This document shows positions 7,116-15,623 of a stretch of DNA of 43,790 bases, piece after piece. The notes beneath the pieces were generated by a model, which saw only the letters and a program-made list of their open reading frames with translations, made no database searches and was not told the origin of the DNA. Both the position numbers and the translations under genes were made by a program. The number at the start of each line of letters is the position of its first letter. The first letter of the stretch is position 1. The stretch lies in the sequence record SRR20825006_2049; one strand, 5' to 3'.

Positions 7116-8552
7116 ATGAAATTTTACAAAGTCATTACAGCGGTATTTTTAATTACCGCTTTAAATTCTTGCGGAACTTATTTCAACCAACCTTTTGACC
7201 AAACCCCGGCACGTTTAGGGGAATACTCTAAGTCTACTCAAAACCTATTAAACTTACCACCGGCCCAAGCTCCTGTGGAAGTGGCAGTTTATAATTTTTC
7301 AGATCAAACAGGGCAATACAAAGCGGTTGAGAATGGTAGTACATTTAGTACTGCGGTAACTCAAGGCTCTACGGCAATCTTACTAAAGGCACTTGAAGAT
7401 AGTGGTTGGTTTATTCCTATAGAGCGAGAAAACCTAAGTAACCTTTCAACAGAGCGCAATATCATTAGAAACACAAAGCAAGAGTATATAAAAAACTTAA
7501 ACCCCAATGAGCCACCGCTTCCACCACTTAAATATGCCGGTATTTTATTAGAGGGTGGCATTGTGTCGTATGATACTAATATAATTACCGGAGGTGTTGG
7601 TGCGCGTTATTTTGGACTTGGAGGTTCGGCAAAGTATAGGCAAGACCGTATCACGGTCTATTTAAGAATGGTCTCTACCAGTAATGGTGAAATATTAAAA
7701 ACGGTTTATGTTTCTAAAACCATCTTGTCACAAGCGCTAGATGCTAGTTTGTTTCGCTTTGTAAAGTTTCAACGCTTATTAGAAACTGAGATGGGAATCA
7801 CTCGCAATGAACCCGTTCAACTTGCAGTAAAAGACGCTGTTGAGAAAGCTGTTCATGATTTAATTATAGAAGGAATAGCAGATGGATATTGGTCTGCCAA
7901 AGGCGGAAATGCTGTTAATGAAGAATTAGTAACCGCCTACAATGCAGACAAAGAAGTTGCCGAAAGTACTGGATTGTATAATCGTATATTTTTTAAGCAG
8001 CAGTATACTAATGCCTTGAACTTCTCTTTAGGTACTACGATGCTTGATGCAGATTATAGTGCTAAGCGTTTTGGGGCTATGATTAAGGCAGGATATACAA
8101 AAGCATTGAGTCAAAGTTTCAGTCTAAATTTTAATGCAGCGTATTTAAATTTTAAAACGGGAGATACCTATGATCAAAATTTTGCAAGCGTTGATTTGAA
8201 TGCCGAATTCAAACTTTTAAAAAATGATAAGTTATCTCCTTATTTATTTGCCGGAGGTGGAGTTCTATTGGGCTTTTCTGAAAATGAAGAATCATTAGGT
8301 CTAGATGCTGGTCAAACCGATGCAAAAGTTCAATATGGTGCAGGTCTTGAGTATGCTCTATCTTCTAAAATTGGGCTCAAATTATGGGCAGAACATAATG
8401 TTACTTTCACCGATAAGGTAGATAACCTTATAAATGGTAAAAGAGATGATCATTACTTGAATTTGGGTGTTGGATTAAAATACTACTTCGATTTTGCTAA
8501 AAAGGCAACAATTCAAACTTCAACTGATGCAACTAACCCTGTTAATAATTAG
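7116..8552 (+). CDS. csgG: Curli secretion channel lipoprotein CsgG fused to a C-terminal outer-membrane beta-barrel domain
   Basis: Lipobox LNSC. CsgG motifs VAVYNFSDQTGQYK, FSTAVTQG, ALEDSGWF.PIER.NL.NL..ER.IIR and GG.GARYFG.G are present. Residues from about 299 onward show amphipathic beta-strands ending LGVGLKYYF. Confidence 0.93.
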   Translation: MKFYKVITAVFLITALNSCGTYFNQPFDQTPARLGEYSKSTQNLLNLPPAQAPVEVAVYNFSDQTGQYKAVENGSTFSTAVTQGSTAILLKALEDSGWFIPIERENLSNLSTERNIIRNTKQEYIKNLNPNEPPLPPLKYAGILLEGGIVSYDTNIITGGVGARYFGLGGSAKYRQDRITVYLRMVSTSNGEILKTVYVSKTILSQALDASLFRFVKFQRLLETEMGITRNEPVQLAVKDAVEKAVHDLIIEGIADGYWSAKGGNAVNEELVTAYNADKEVAESTGLYNRIFFKQQYTNALNFSLGTTMLDADYSAKRFGAMIKAGYTKALSQSFSLNFNAAYLNFKTGDTYDQNFASVDLNAEFKLLKNDKLSPYLFAGGGVLLGFSENEESLGLDAGQTDAKVQYGAGLEYALSSKIGLKLWAEHNVTFTDKVDNLINGKRDDHYLNLGVGLKYYFDFAKKATIQTSTDATNPVNN

Positions 8553-8556
8553 AACA

Positions 8557-10083
8557 ATGAAAATTAATTGTATTTACTTTTTAATTCTAACAGTAGGTCT
8601 AATGCTTTCTTGTAGCGAAGATACTATTGAAGAAAATGGTATAGGTTCGCTTGACGGCACTGTGGTTGATGCTGTTTCAAAAACGCCCTTAGCTAATGTG
8701 AAAATAGTTACGAATCCTTCATCAAGCACAGTGTTTACAGATGGTGATGGTAATTTTGTGATTGAAGCAGTAAAAACAGGAGAGTATTCTGTTCAAGCAG
8801 AGTTAGAAGGCTATACAGATGCTTTTGAAGCGGTGACCATTTTAAGTGAACAACGCAGCAGTGTAAGTTTTGAATTGGTTGTAGGTGGAGATGAAAACAG
8901 AGCTCCTAAAGTTCCCGAGTTACTTTCACCAGAAAATGGAGCTTCTGACTTAGAGGCAAAGGTCGAATTTGTTTGGTCATCATCTGCTAATGATACTGAT
9001 GAAATTGTGTATACCTTACAACTTAGAAATGGAACTACAAATGAAATCCAGAATATAGAAGTTGTTGCTGATACTATGGCAACCGTAGAAAAGTTAAGGT
9101 ATGGAAGCAATTATTTTTGGCAAGTAACTGCATCTGATGGAGAAAATGAACCTGTACAAAGCGTTTTAGGACAATTTAGTACAACTACAACGCCTGAAAA
9201 TGATTTTCTATATGTAAGATCTATTAATGGGAATAGCGTGATTTTTTCAGGAGGTAACGATGAAGATGCTGATGATGAAAATACCGGAGAGATTAATTTT
9301 AATGAGTTTCAACTTACCTCAGAGACCTATAATAGCTTTAAGCCGCGACGTAATGTAGAAACCTCCAAAATCGCGTTTTTAAGAACTGTCGATGGAGCAA
9401 CACAACTGCACACCATGAATTTAGATGGTTCAGACATAAAGCAGGTGACTAATGCTATTCCTTTAAATGGATTTCGAGTAAGTGAACTCAATTATACTTG
9501 GGCACAAAACGGTGGGAAACTCTACTATCCTAGCTTTGACAAGCTTTATAGTATTAATCCTGACGGTGGTGGTCTTTCCTTAATCTACCAAACTCCTGAC
9601 GGAAGTTTTATTTCAGAAGTGAGTGCGGCTGCATTTGACGACAATTTAATCGCCTTGAAGACCAATGATAGCAACGGCTATAACGTAAGTGTATATACGG
9701 TGCGTTTATCATCAGGAACAATAGAGCAAATGGTTTACCAAAACACTCCGGGTGCTGTAATAGGTATTGACTTAGACGCAAACGGAAGCAGGCTTGTCTA
9801 TGCCAAGGATACTTCTGGCTCAGAAAACACGCAATATCGTCAATTTTCTAGCAGGATCTACATATATAACCTCAATACAAATTCTGAAGCGATTTTAAAT
9901 AATGGAGTAACCGAAGGATTGAATGATCTGCAACCTAGTTGGTCGCCTTCGGAGGGAGAAATCATTTTTACTAGAAAACCGAGTAATCTAAATTCAGAAC
10001 CTGAGATTTACATTTCATCTCTAAATAATTTCTCAAATGACGACCTTCTCTTCACTAACGCATCAATGCCAGATTGGGAATAG
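8557..10083 (+). CDS. Curli-operon lipoprotein: carboxypeptidase-regulatory-like domain + Fn3-like domain + TolB/PD40-like beta-propeller
   Basis: The likely start is ATG 8557, 4 bp after the csgG stop, rather than TTG 8494. Lipobox MLSC is followed by acidic SEDTIEE. Domain motifs are G.V.D..SKTPLANV...TD.DGNF, P.LLSPENGA...YFWQV.ASDG and PSWSPSEGEIIF. Confidence 0.75.
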   Translation: MKINCIYFLILTVGLMLSCSEDTIEENGIGSLDGTVVDAVSKTPLANVKIVTNPSSSTVFTDGDGNFVIEAVKTGEYSVQAELEGYTDAFEAVTILSEQRSSVSFELVVGGDENRAPKVPELLSPENGASDLEAKVEFVWSSSANDTDEIVYTLQLRNGTTNEIQNIEVVADTMATVEKLRYGSNYFWQVTASDGENEPVQSVLGQFSTTTTPENDFLYVRSINGNSVIFSGGNDEDADDENTGEINFNEFQLTSETYNSFKPRRNVETSKIAFLRTVDGATQLHTMNLDGSDIKQVTNAIPLNGFRVSELNYTWAQNGGKLYYPSFDKLYSINPDGGGLSLIYQTPDGSFISEVSAAAFDDNLIALKTNDSNGYNVSVYTVRLSSGTIEQMVYQNTPGAVIGIDLDANGSRLVYAKDTSGSENTQYRQFSSRIYIYNLNTNSEAILNNGVTEGLNDLQPSWSPSEGEIIFTRKPSNLNSEPEIYISSLNNFSNDDLLFTNASMPDWE

Positions 10084-10100
10084 TAGTAAAAAGCTTTTTT

Positions 10101-10136
10101 TAAAAACGTCCTGAAATATCAGGACGTTTTTATTTC
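10101..10136 (+). terminator. Intrinsic terminator ending the curli operon
   Basis: Perfect inverted repeat TAAAAACGTCCTGA-AATA-TCAGGACGTTTTTA with a U tract. Confidence 0.85.
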
Positions 10137-10137
10137 T

Positions 10138-10145
10138 TACTTTTG
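10138..10145 (+). promoter_or_regulatory. -7 element (TACTTTTG) for purM
   Basis: Exact TAnnTTTG match 17 bp upstream of the ATG. Confidence 0.65.
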
Positions 10146-10162
10146 CCAAATAATTAACAATC

Positions 10163-11341
10163 ATGAGTCAAGAGATTTCTAAACGCTACGCTCAGCGTGG
10201 TGTTTCCGCCGGAAAGGAAGAAGTGCATAAAGCCATTAAAAATGTCGATAAAGGATTATTTCCTAAAGCATTTTGCAAAATAGTCCCTGATTATCTGACC
10301 GGTAGTGAAGAGCATTGTTTAATTATGCACGCTGATGGTGCCGGGACCAAATCTTCGCTCGCTTATATGTATTGGAAGGAAACCGGCGATCTTTCCGTTT
10401 GGAAAGGCATTGCTCAGGATGCGTTAATTATGAATATCGACGATCTTCTGTGCGTGGGCGCTACCGATAATATTTTGCTTTCGTCAACGATTGGTCGAAA
10501 CAAAAACCTGATCACCGGCGAAGTCATTTCTGCAATTATAAATGGTACCGAAGAATTGATAGCTGACCTTGAAAAACACGATGTTTCTATCAAAAGTACC
10601 GGTGGGGAAACCGCAGATGTTGGTGATCTCGTGCGCACTATAATCGTAGATTCTACGGTGACGGCGAGAATGAAGAAAGAAGATGTTATTGATAATGCAA
10701 ATATTAAACAGGGTGACGTTATCGTAGGTCTGGCTAGTTTTGGTCAATCTACTTATGAAACCGAGTACAATGGCGGTATGGGAAGTAATGGTCTTACTTC
10801 TGCACGTCACGATGTTTTTGACAACTATTTAGCCGAAAAATTCCCTGAGAGTTTTGATAAAGCTGTACCGGAAGATTTGGTATATAGTGGCTCAAAGAAG
10901 CTTACAGATTCCGTTGAAGCGAGTCCGTTGGACGCCGGAAAATTAATGTTATCTCCAACACGAACTTATGCGCCTGTGATCAAAAAGATTTTAGCTTCCG
11001 TAGATAAAAGTTTACTACACGGGATGGTGCATTGCAGTGGTGGAGCGCAGACTAAAATTTTACATTTTGTTGAAAATCTGCACATTATTAAAGACAATCT
11101 ATTTGAGGTTCCGCCACTATTCAAACTTATTCAAGAAGAAAGCGGTACTGATTGGAAAGAGATGTATCAGGTTTTCAATATGGGACATAGAATGGAATTG
11201 TATGTAGATCCAAGTCTGGCTCAGGATATTATTGAGATCTCTAAATCTTTCAATATAGATGCTCAGATCGTTGGGCGCGTTGAGGCTTCAAATGAGAAGT
11301 CACTAACAATTAAATCGCCCTTTGGTACGTTTGAATATTAA
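10163..11341 (+). CDS. purM: Phosphoribosylformylglycinamidine cyclo-ligase (AIR synthase), Bacteroidota type
   Basis: Motifs RY..RGVSA.KEEVH, HADGAGTKS, MNIDDLLCVGA, GGETAD, G.GSNGLTSARH, HCSGG and FNMGHRME. Confidence 0.92.
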   Translation: MSQEISKRYAQRGVSAGKEEVHKAIKNVDKGLFPKAFCKIVPDYLTGSEEHCLIMHADGAGTKSSLAYMYWKETGDLSVWKGIAQDALIMNIDDLLCVGATDNILLSSTIGRNKNLITGEVISAIINGTEELIADLEKHDVSIKSTGGETADVGDLVRTIIVDSTVTARMKKEDVIDNANIKQGDVIVGLASFGQSTYETEYNGGMGSNGLTSARHDVFDNYLAEKFPESFDKAVPEDLVYSGSKKLTDSVEASPLDAGKLMLSPTRTYAPVIKKILASVDKSLLHGMVHCSGGAQTKILHFVENLHIIKDNLFEVPPLFKLIQEESGTDWKEMYQVFNMGHRMELYVDPSLAQDIIEISKSFNIDAQIVGRVEASNEKSLTIKSPFGTFEY

Positions 11342-11366
11342 TAAGTAATCTGTAAAATCAAATGAT

Positions 11367-12365
11367 TTGAAAAGACTTGTATACTTCACTCTATGCTGCG
11401 TCATCCTTTTGACAGGTAAAACTGTTCATGCGCAGCACGTCGCTTTTCCGCTTCCTATTAAAAAGAATTTAGTAAAACGATTAACTGAACAATTAGCTCC
11501 AAAACCGGAGACCAATTGGCAAGAATTGAATCGTGTGGGAATTGATTTAAGTGAAGTTGCTTTTGTGAATTGGAATGCCGGTGGTAGTAATTCCATTTCA
11601 GGTCTTGCTGAAGTGGTTCTAGAACGTAATTATTCTGATAAAAAGCGCAAATGGCGTAATAAACTTATTACGCGCTATGGTGTAAACAGTCAGGAAGGGC
11701 AGGAGTTACGCAAAACGGATGATAATTTAGAGCTTACCTCAGATTTTGGATACCGTCGCGATACCTTATCTAACTGGTACTATTCAGCTAAATTTAGATT
11801 TGCTTCTCAATTTACAAACGGATATAAATATCCTGATACCAGCACGCCAATTTCTCAGTTCATGGCTCCGGGCTACATCTTTTTAGGGGTAGGTGGTGAG
11901 TATGGGCAACGTTTGGATAATTTATCTATATACGCTTCTCCATTAACCTATAAATCAACTTTTGTACTTGATCAGGACCTGGCTAACAATGGTGCTTTTG
12001 GTGTTGAACCCGCGGTGCGCGATGCTGATGGAAATATTATTAGGGAAGGCTCAAACGTCAATAGCGAATTGGGGATTTTGATACAAAGTTCTTTAAATGC
12101 TCAAGTAATGGAGAATATAAACCTGACCAATCTGGTCAATCTTTATACTGATTATCTAAAAAGCTTCGGGAATGTTGATATAGACTGGGAACTCAACTTG
12201 AATTTTAAAGTGAATAGTTTTGTGCTGGCTAAAGTGGGATCACATTTAAAATACGATAATGACGTAAAAATTACCGAAACCAACGTTGATGGTGAAGAAG
12301 TGGTAATGGGAGCCAGAACTCAGTGGAAACAACAACTGGGGATTGGCGTTGTTGTAGATTTTTAA
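11367..12365 (+). CDS. DUF3078 family outer-membrane beta-barrel protein
   Basis: Signal peptide, the motifs NWNAGG.NSIS, RKTDD, QF..GY.YP...S.FMAPGY and FGNVDIDWE, and a C-terminal Phe. TTG start. Confidence 0.8.
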   Translation: MKRLVYFTLCCVILLTGKTVHAQHVAFPLPIKKNLVKRLTEQLAPKPETNWQELNRVGIDLSEVAFVNWNAGGSNSISGLAEVVLERNYSDKKRKWRNKLITRYGVNSQEGQELRKTDDNLELTSDFGYRRDTLSNWYYSAKFRFASQFTNGYKYPDTSTPISQFMAPGYIFLGVGGEYGQRLDNLSIYASPLTYKSTFVLDQDLANNGAFGVEPAVRDADGNIIREGSNVNSELGILIQSSLNAQVMENINLTNLVNLYTDYLKSFGNVDIDWELNLNFKVNSFVLAKVGSHLKYDNDVKITETNVDGEEVVMGARTQWKQQLGIGVVVDF

Positions 12366-12448
12366 TCCTTATGGTATTTCTAAAACCAATTGGTTAACTT
12401 TTACGTAATTATTAGACAACCCCTAATAGTGTTTAATGGTATAAAACT

Positions 12449-13189
12449 ATGACCCCAAAGTATTTATTGAATGATAAAGGCAAGTACTTATCTTTTATAG
12501 GTTTGCTTATTGTCATTAACCTCACCGTTATTGCCTTGACCGATCTCGAAACAAGCAGGTTGATACGCCTTATAAGTATCGGTATTTTTTTTGCGTATTA
12601 TCTGATCAAGAAAGAACTCCTAAACCTTTGGACGGTTATTGCGTTCTTATTTTTTATAGGAAGAGATATATTTTTTCAATTTTATGAAGAACCTTGGGGG
12701 TACAAATCCTACCTGATCCTCGGTACATTATGTTATTTGACCATAGTTTTTGAACGGCTTCCTAAAATTTCAGAGATAAATTTTAAACCCGGCGTAGTAC
12801 TCATTACGCTTATCTTAGTTGCTGCAAATACCTATACGCTTTATGTGATTATGAATATGAGTATGGTAACCTATACCTTTCACGACGGTGTAGAGCCTAT
12901 ACTTCTCTATGTTTACGGGGCAGCTATGATGGTTTTAGGTGTTCAGGCGATTGCTTACAATAACAAGTACAACAGCAACCGGTCGTTGTTGTATATCTTT
13001 TTTGCTTTTGGTTTTATATTCTCAGATATAGCCGCTTTATTTGCATATTATTTTGAATTTGAGATTTTCTATTTCTTTGATCGATTTTTCTTTTTAGGAG
13101 CGATGGCTATGTTGGTGCAGTACGGTCTTAATTATGAGAGTGTAAAAGAAGAATTCTATCAGTATGAGATGATTGATAAAAATCTTTAA
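12449..13189 (+). CDS. Polytopic membrane protein, possibly a distant YhhN/TMEM86-like protein
   Basis: About 7-8 hydrophobic segments, with intramembrane Asp in GRDIFF and FSDIAA reminiscent of the YhhN GD/SD motifs. The ORF is solid; the family call is weak. Confidence 0.55.
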   Translation: MTPKYLLNDKGKYLSFIGLLIVINLTVIALTDLETSRLIRLISIGIFFAYYLIKKELLNLWTVIAFLFFIGRDIFFQFYEEPWGYKSYLILGTLCYLTIVFERLPKISEINFKPGVVLITLILVAANTYTLYVIMNMSMVTYTFHDGVEPILLYVYGAAMMVLGVQAIAYNNKYNSNRSLLYIFFAFGFIFSDIAALFAYYFEFEIFYFFDRFFFLGAMAMLVQYGLNYESVKEEFYQYEMIDKNL

Positions 13190-13253
13190 GACTAAAGCGT
13201 TTCTTAGCGCCGCCAAAGGTAATGCCCGAGGTAGTTTAATTTAATTCATTTTT

Positions 13254-13781
13254 ATGGCTAAAATTTTAGGTATTGGATCACGCGTTAAACACGCTGAATA
13301 TGGTGTTGGCGTTGTGACTAATGTAACTTCAGAACTTTACTGGATCACTTTTATTGACAACGGTCTTGAAACGGTCACTATTGATACCGAAATGGAAATC
13401 ATTGAGGCGGTTGATGATGAGGTAGATACAGTAAGTTTTTATGAGGTCGAAAAGACGTTGCGCAACCTACTGAAGCAGTATTCAGATATTTCTGAGATCG
13501 TACCTATAGCTGATAAATATAAAGGCGGCACCCTCACGTTAAGTCCGGCAGATGCAGGTCTGGCAAGTAAAGATATTCCTATTGAAACCTTCTTTCACAA
13601 GATCGTAATGGTGCGTGATCGCATTCGAGTGATGGAACAGAAGATCAACAGCAGTAAAAATCTTGACGATCAAGAGAAAATAGATCTTCAGCAATATATA
13701 ACCCGTATTTACGGTAGTTTGACAACCTTTAATGTACTGTTTAAAAACAGTTCGCAAAACTTTAAAGGCTCTAGTAAATAA
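13254..13781 (+). CDS. Hypothetical protein with an N-terminal SH3/Tudor-like domain and a helical C-terminus
   Basis: 175-aa ORF followed by a terminator. GSRVKHAEYGVGVV resembles the G.RV.H..FG.G.V Tudor-like motif. Confidence 0.7.
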   Translation: MAKILGIGSRVKHAEYGVGVVTNVTSELYWITFIDNGLETVTIDTEMEIIEAVDDEVDTVSFYEVEKTLRNLLKQYSDISEIVPIADKYKGGTLTLSPADAGLASKDIPIETFFHKIVMVRDRIRVMEQKINSSKNLDDQEKIDLQQYITRIYGSLTTFNVLFKNSSQNFKGSSK

Positions 13782-13813
13782 GGCCAGTAGCATTTAAAGC
13801 AATTTATTAAAAC

Positions 13814-13844
13814 AAAACCCTGAATATTTACATTCAGGGTTTTT
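13814..13844. terminator. Bidirectional intrinsic terminator between convergent genes
   Basis: AAAACCCTGAAT-ATTTAC-ATTCAGGGTTTT(T) with A/T tracts on both sides. Confidence 0.85.
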
Positions 13845-13874
13845 GGTTCTAGTTTCTATAGGCGAAGCCTAGGC

Positions 13875-14195
13875 TTATCCCTTTTGTAGCTCAAAAACTT
13901 CATTTAATGGGGTTTCTACAGGAGAATGGTCTGCGTTGGTTTCCATAATGTCAGCCATATAGGCCCACCATTTCTTAACAATAGGATCCTGCGGAAGCGC
14001 CGCAGTGGTATGCCCTTCTTTAAGTTGTTGAAATGCAAAAAGCTGCAGGCTAGATTCATCTAGAAAAATATGATAGGTTTCAATCCCGGAATCGTTTAGA
14101 AGTTTTTGCAGTTCCGGCCAGATCAAATCGTGACGGCGTTTATATTCTTTCTCAAAACCGGGTTTGAGTTGCATGGTAAAAGCGTGAACAGGCAT
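13875..14195 (-). CDS. rhaM: L-rhamnose mutarotase
   Basis: Motifs AF.M.LKPG...EY.RRH..IWPEL and KWWAYMADIMETN.D.SP...PL.EVF. Confidence 0.93.
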   Translation of the reverse strand: MPVHAFTMQLKPGFEKEYKRRHDLIWPELQKLLNDSGIETYHIFLDESSLQLFAFQQLKEGHTTAALPQDPIVKKWWAYMADIMETNADHSPVETPLNEVFELQKG

Positions 14196-14199
14196 AGTA

Positions 14200-15585
14200 T
14201 TAATTTTCTATTTGAATATCGATCTCTGTATATAATTGGTTAGCCAATTGCTCAACATAAGATTTAAAATAGGCGGCATCTTTAAATTTTGGCTCTTGAC
14301 TCAATTCCCAACCAGAAACTCCATAATAGGTCACCGGCGTGTCGTTGCCTACATTGAGTTTAGCCAAATAGGATTGTGTGAAATTTCCGGTGCTTGGTGC
14401 TTCAGCATAATTTTGATAGGCAGTAGCAGGCAGGATCAATGCACTTCCCATAATCCATTTACGATCGTAGGTCAAGCTGTCATGTTGAATAAGCGCAACC
14501 CATTTTTCGGATTTTAATTCTTCTACACCATTTTTATTGTTAATGTTAGAAAGCCCGATGGCGAGCGTATCGCCTTGCTGTAATCCGGCAACCGAAACCG
14601 TATTTTGGTAGGCATACATCCCTGGCCAGATACTTGTAGTTTCTTCAGCTTGATACATATTTCCTGCGGTGTCCCAGTTAGTATAGTCAATATGCATGGA
14701 TGATTTAACCGCACCTTCTTCAACAATTTTAAAATGGGTTTGTTCTACATTACTAAGCGTGTCAGTAACCAGAATTCCTAAACGTCTGATGCTGTCCTTT
14801 GCTATAATTCCAAAGCCACCCAGTCCGGCTGAATTACCTACCGGGAAAACATCGCGGCCCCAAGCTTCCATCGTATGGTAATTGTCAACAACTGCGCCAG
14901 CTGAATCCAGACCAACATTTTCCGGGGAAATAGCTGCAGTTTTCTTACCGTAAACATCTTTAGCATTTCTTCCGTCAAGATAATGTCTAAAGGCAACTTT
15001 GTCGTTTTCCCAAGTAGGGCCATCGGTTTGATACTTTTGAAAACCTAAAGCTTTTGGCATACCTTGAGCAGAGAGCGTCTCTTCTAAAGCAGGTTGTACA
15101 GGTTGGTCTTTCGCCTCACGTTTACCAAAACGTATACTTGTTTTTATGTCATATTGAGGAGCCTCTGCAACCCACTCAAGCTGAATTTTTTTAGCTTCCT
15201 TTGGTTCAAAATCCATAACAAAAAATAGATGATCGGCTGTGCCATCTGCATCCATATCAATCAATTGCGAGGCTATGGCGTCTTGATCAAGTGTGAGTAA
15301 CGGATAGTTTTTTGAAGCGATATACTCTAATTTTTCTAGCGGAATAGCAACAGCTTTATCAGTAAGTGCAATGTCCTCAGGATTGGTAAGGCTAATTTGT
15401 GTCAGTGCTTTCTCCTTATGCTGTGAACAGCCGGCCAGTGCTAAAATAAGAAAGGCGGTGCTCAGGCATTTTAATGGCATTGGTAGCCAGCTTACGGCTT
15501 CTATGCCTACATTGAAATTAAAAATGTGTTTTTTTTGAATACCTCTTGGTTTTGCCTCTTGATTGGTTGTTTTAGAAATGCTCAT
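14200..15585 (-). CDS. DUF4861 family lipoprotein
   Basis: Motif DGPTWENDKVAFRHYLDGRNAKDVYGKK and lipobox LAGC. An alternative start at 15480 gives a normal-length signal peptide. Paralogue of 34182-35186. Confidence 0.75.
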   Translation of the reverse strand: MSISKTTNQEAKPRGIQKKHIFNFNVGIEAVSWLPMPLKCLSTAFLILALAGCSQHKEKALTQISLTNPEDIALTDKAVAIPLEKLEYIASKNYPLLTLDQDAIASQLIDMDADGTADHLFFVMDFEPKEAKKIQLEWVAEAPQYDIKTSIRFGKREAKDQPVQPALEETLSAQGMPKALGFQKYQTDGPTWENDKVAFRHYLDGRNAKDVYGKKTAAISPENVGLDSAGAVVDNYHTMEAWGRDVFPVGNSAGLGGFGIIAKDSIRRLGILVTDTLSNVEQTHFKIVEEGAVKSSMHIDYTNWDTAGNMYQAEETTSIWPGMYAYQNTVSVAGLQQGDTLAIGLSNINNKNGVEELKSEKWVALIQHDSLTYDRKWIMGSALILPATAYQNYAEAPSTGNFTQSYLAKLNVGNDTPVTYYGVSGWELSQEPKFKDAAYFKSYVEQLANQLYTEIDIQIEN

Positions 15586-15623
15586 ACTTTTTTTATTTTA
15601 GGCTGAATTTTAGCAGGAATGCT

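Noticed and set aside
8494-8556. TTG-started N-terminal extension of the lipoprotein overlapping csgG
   Set aside because: ATG 8557 gives a normal lipoprotein signal peptide and no overlap.
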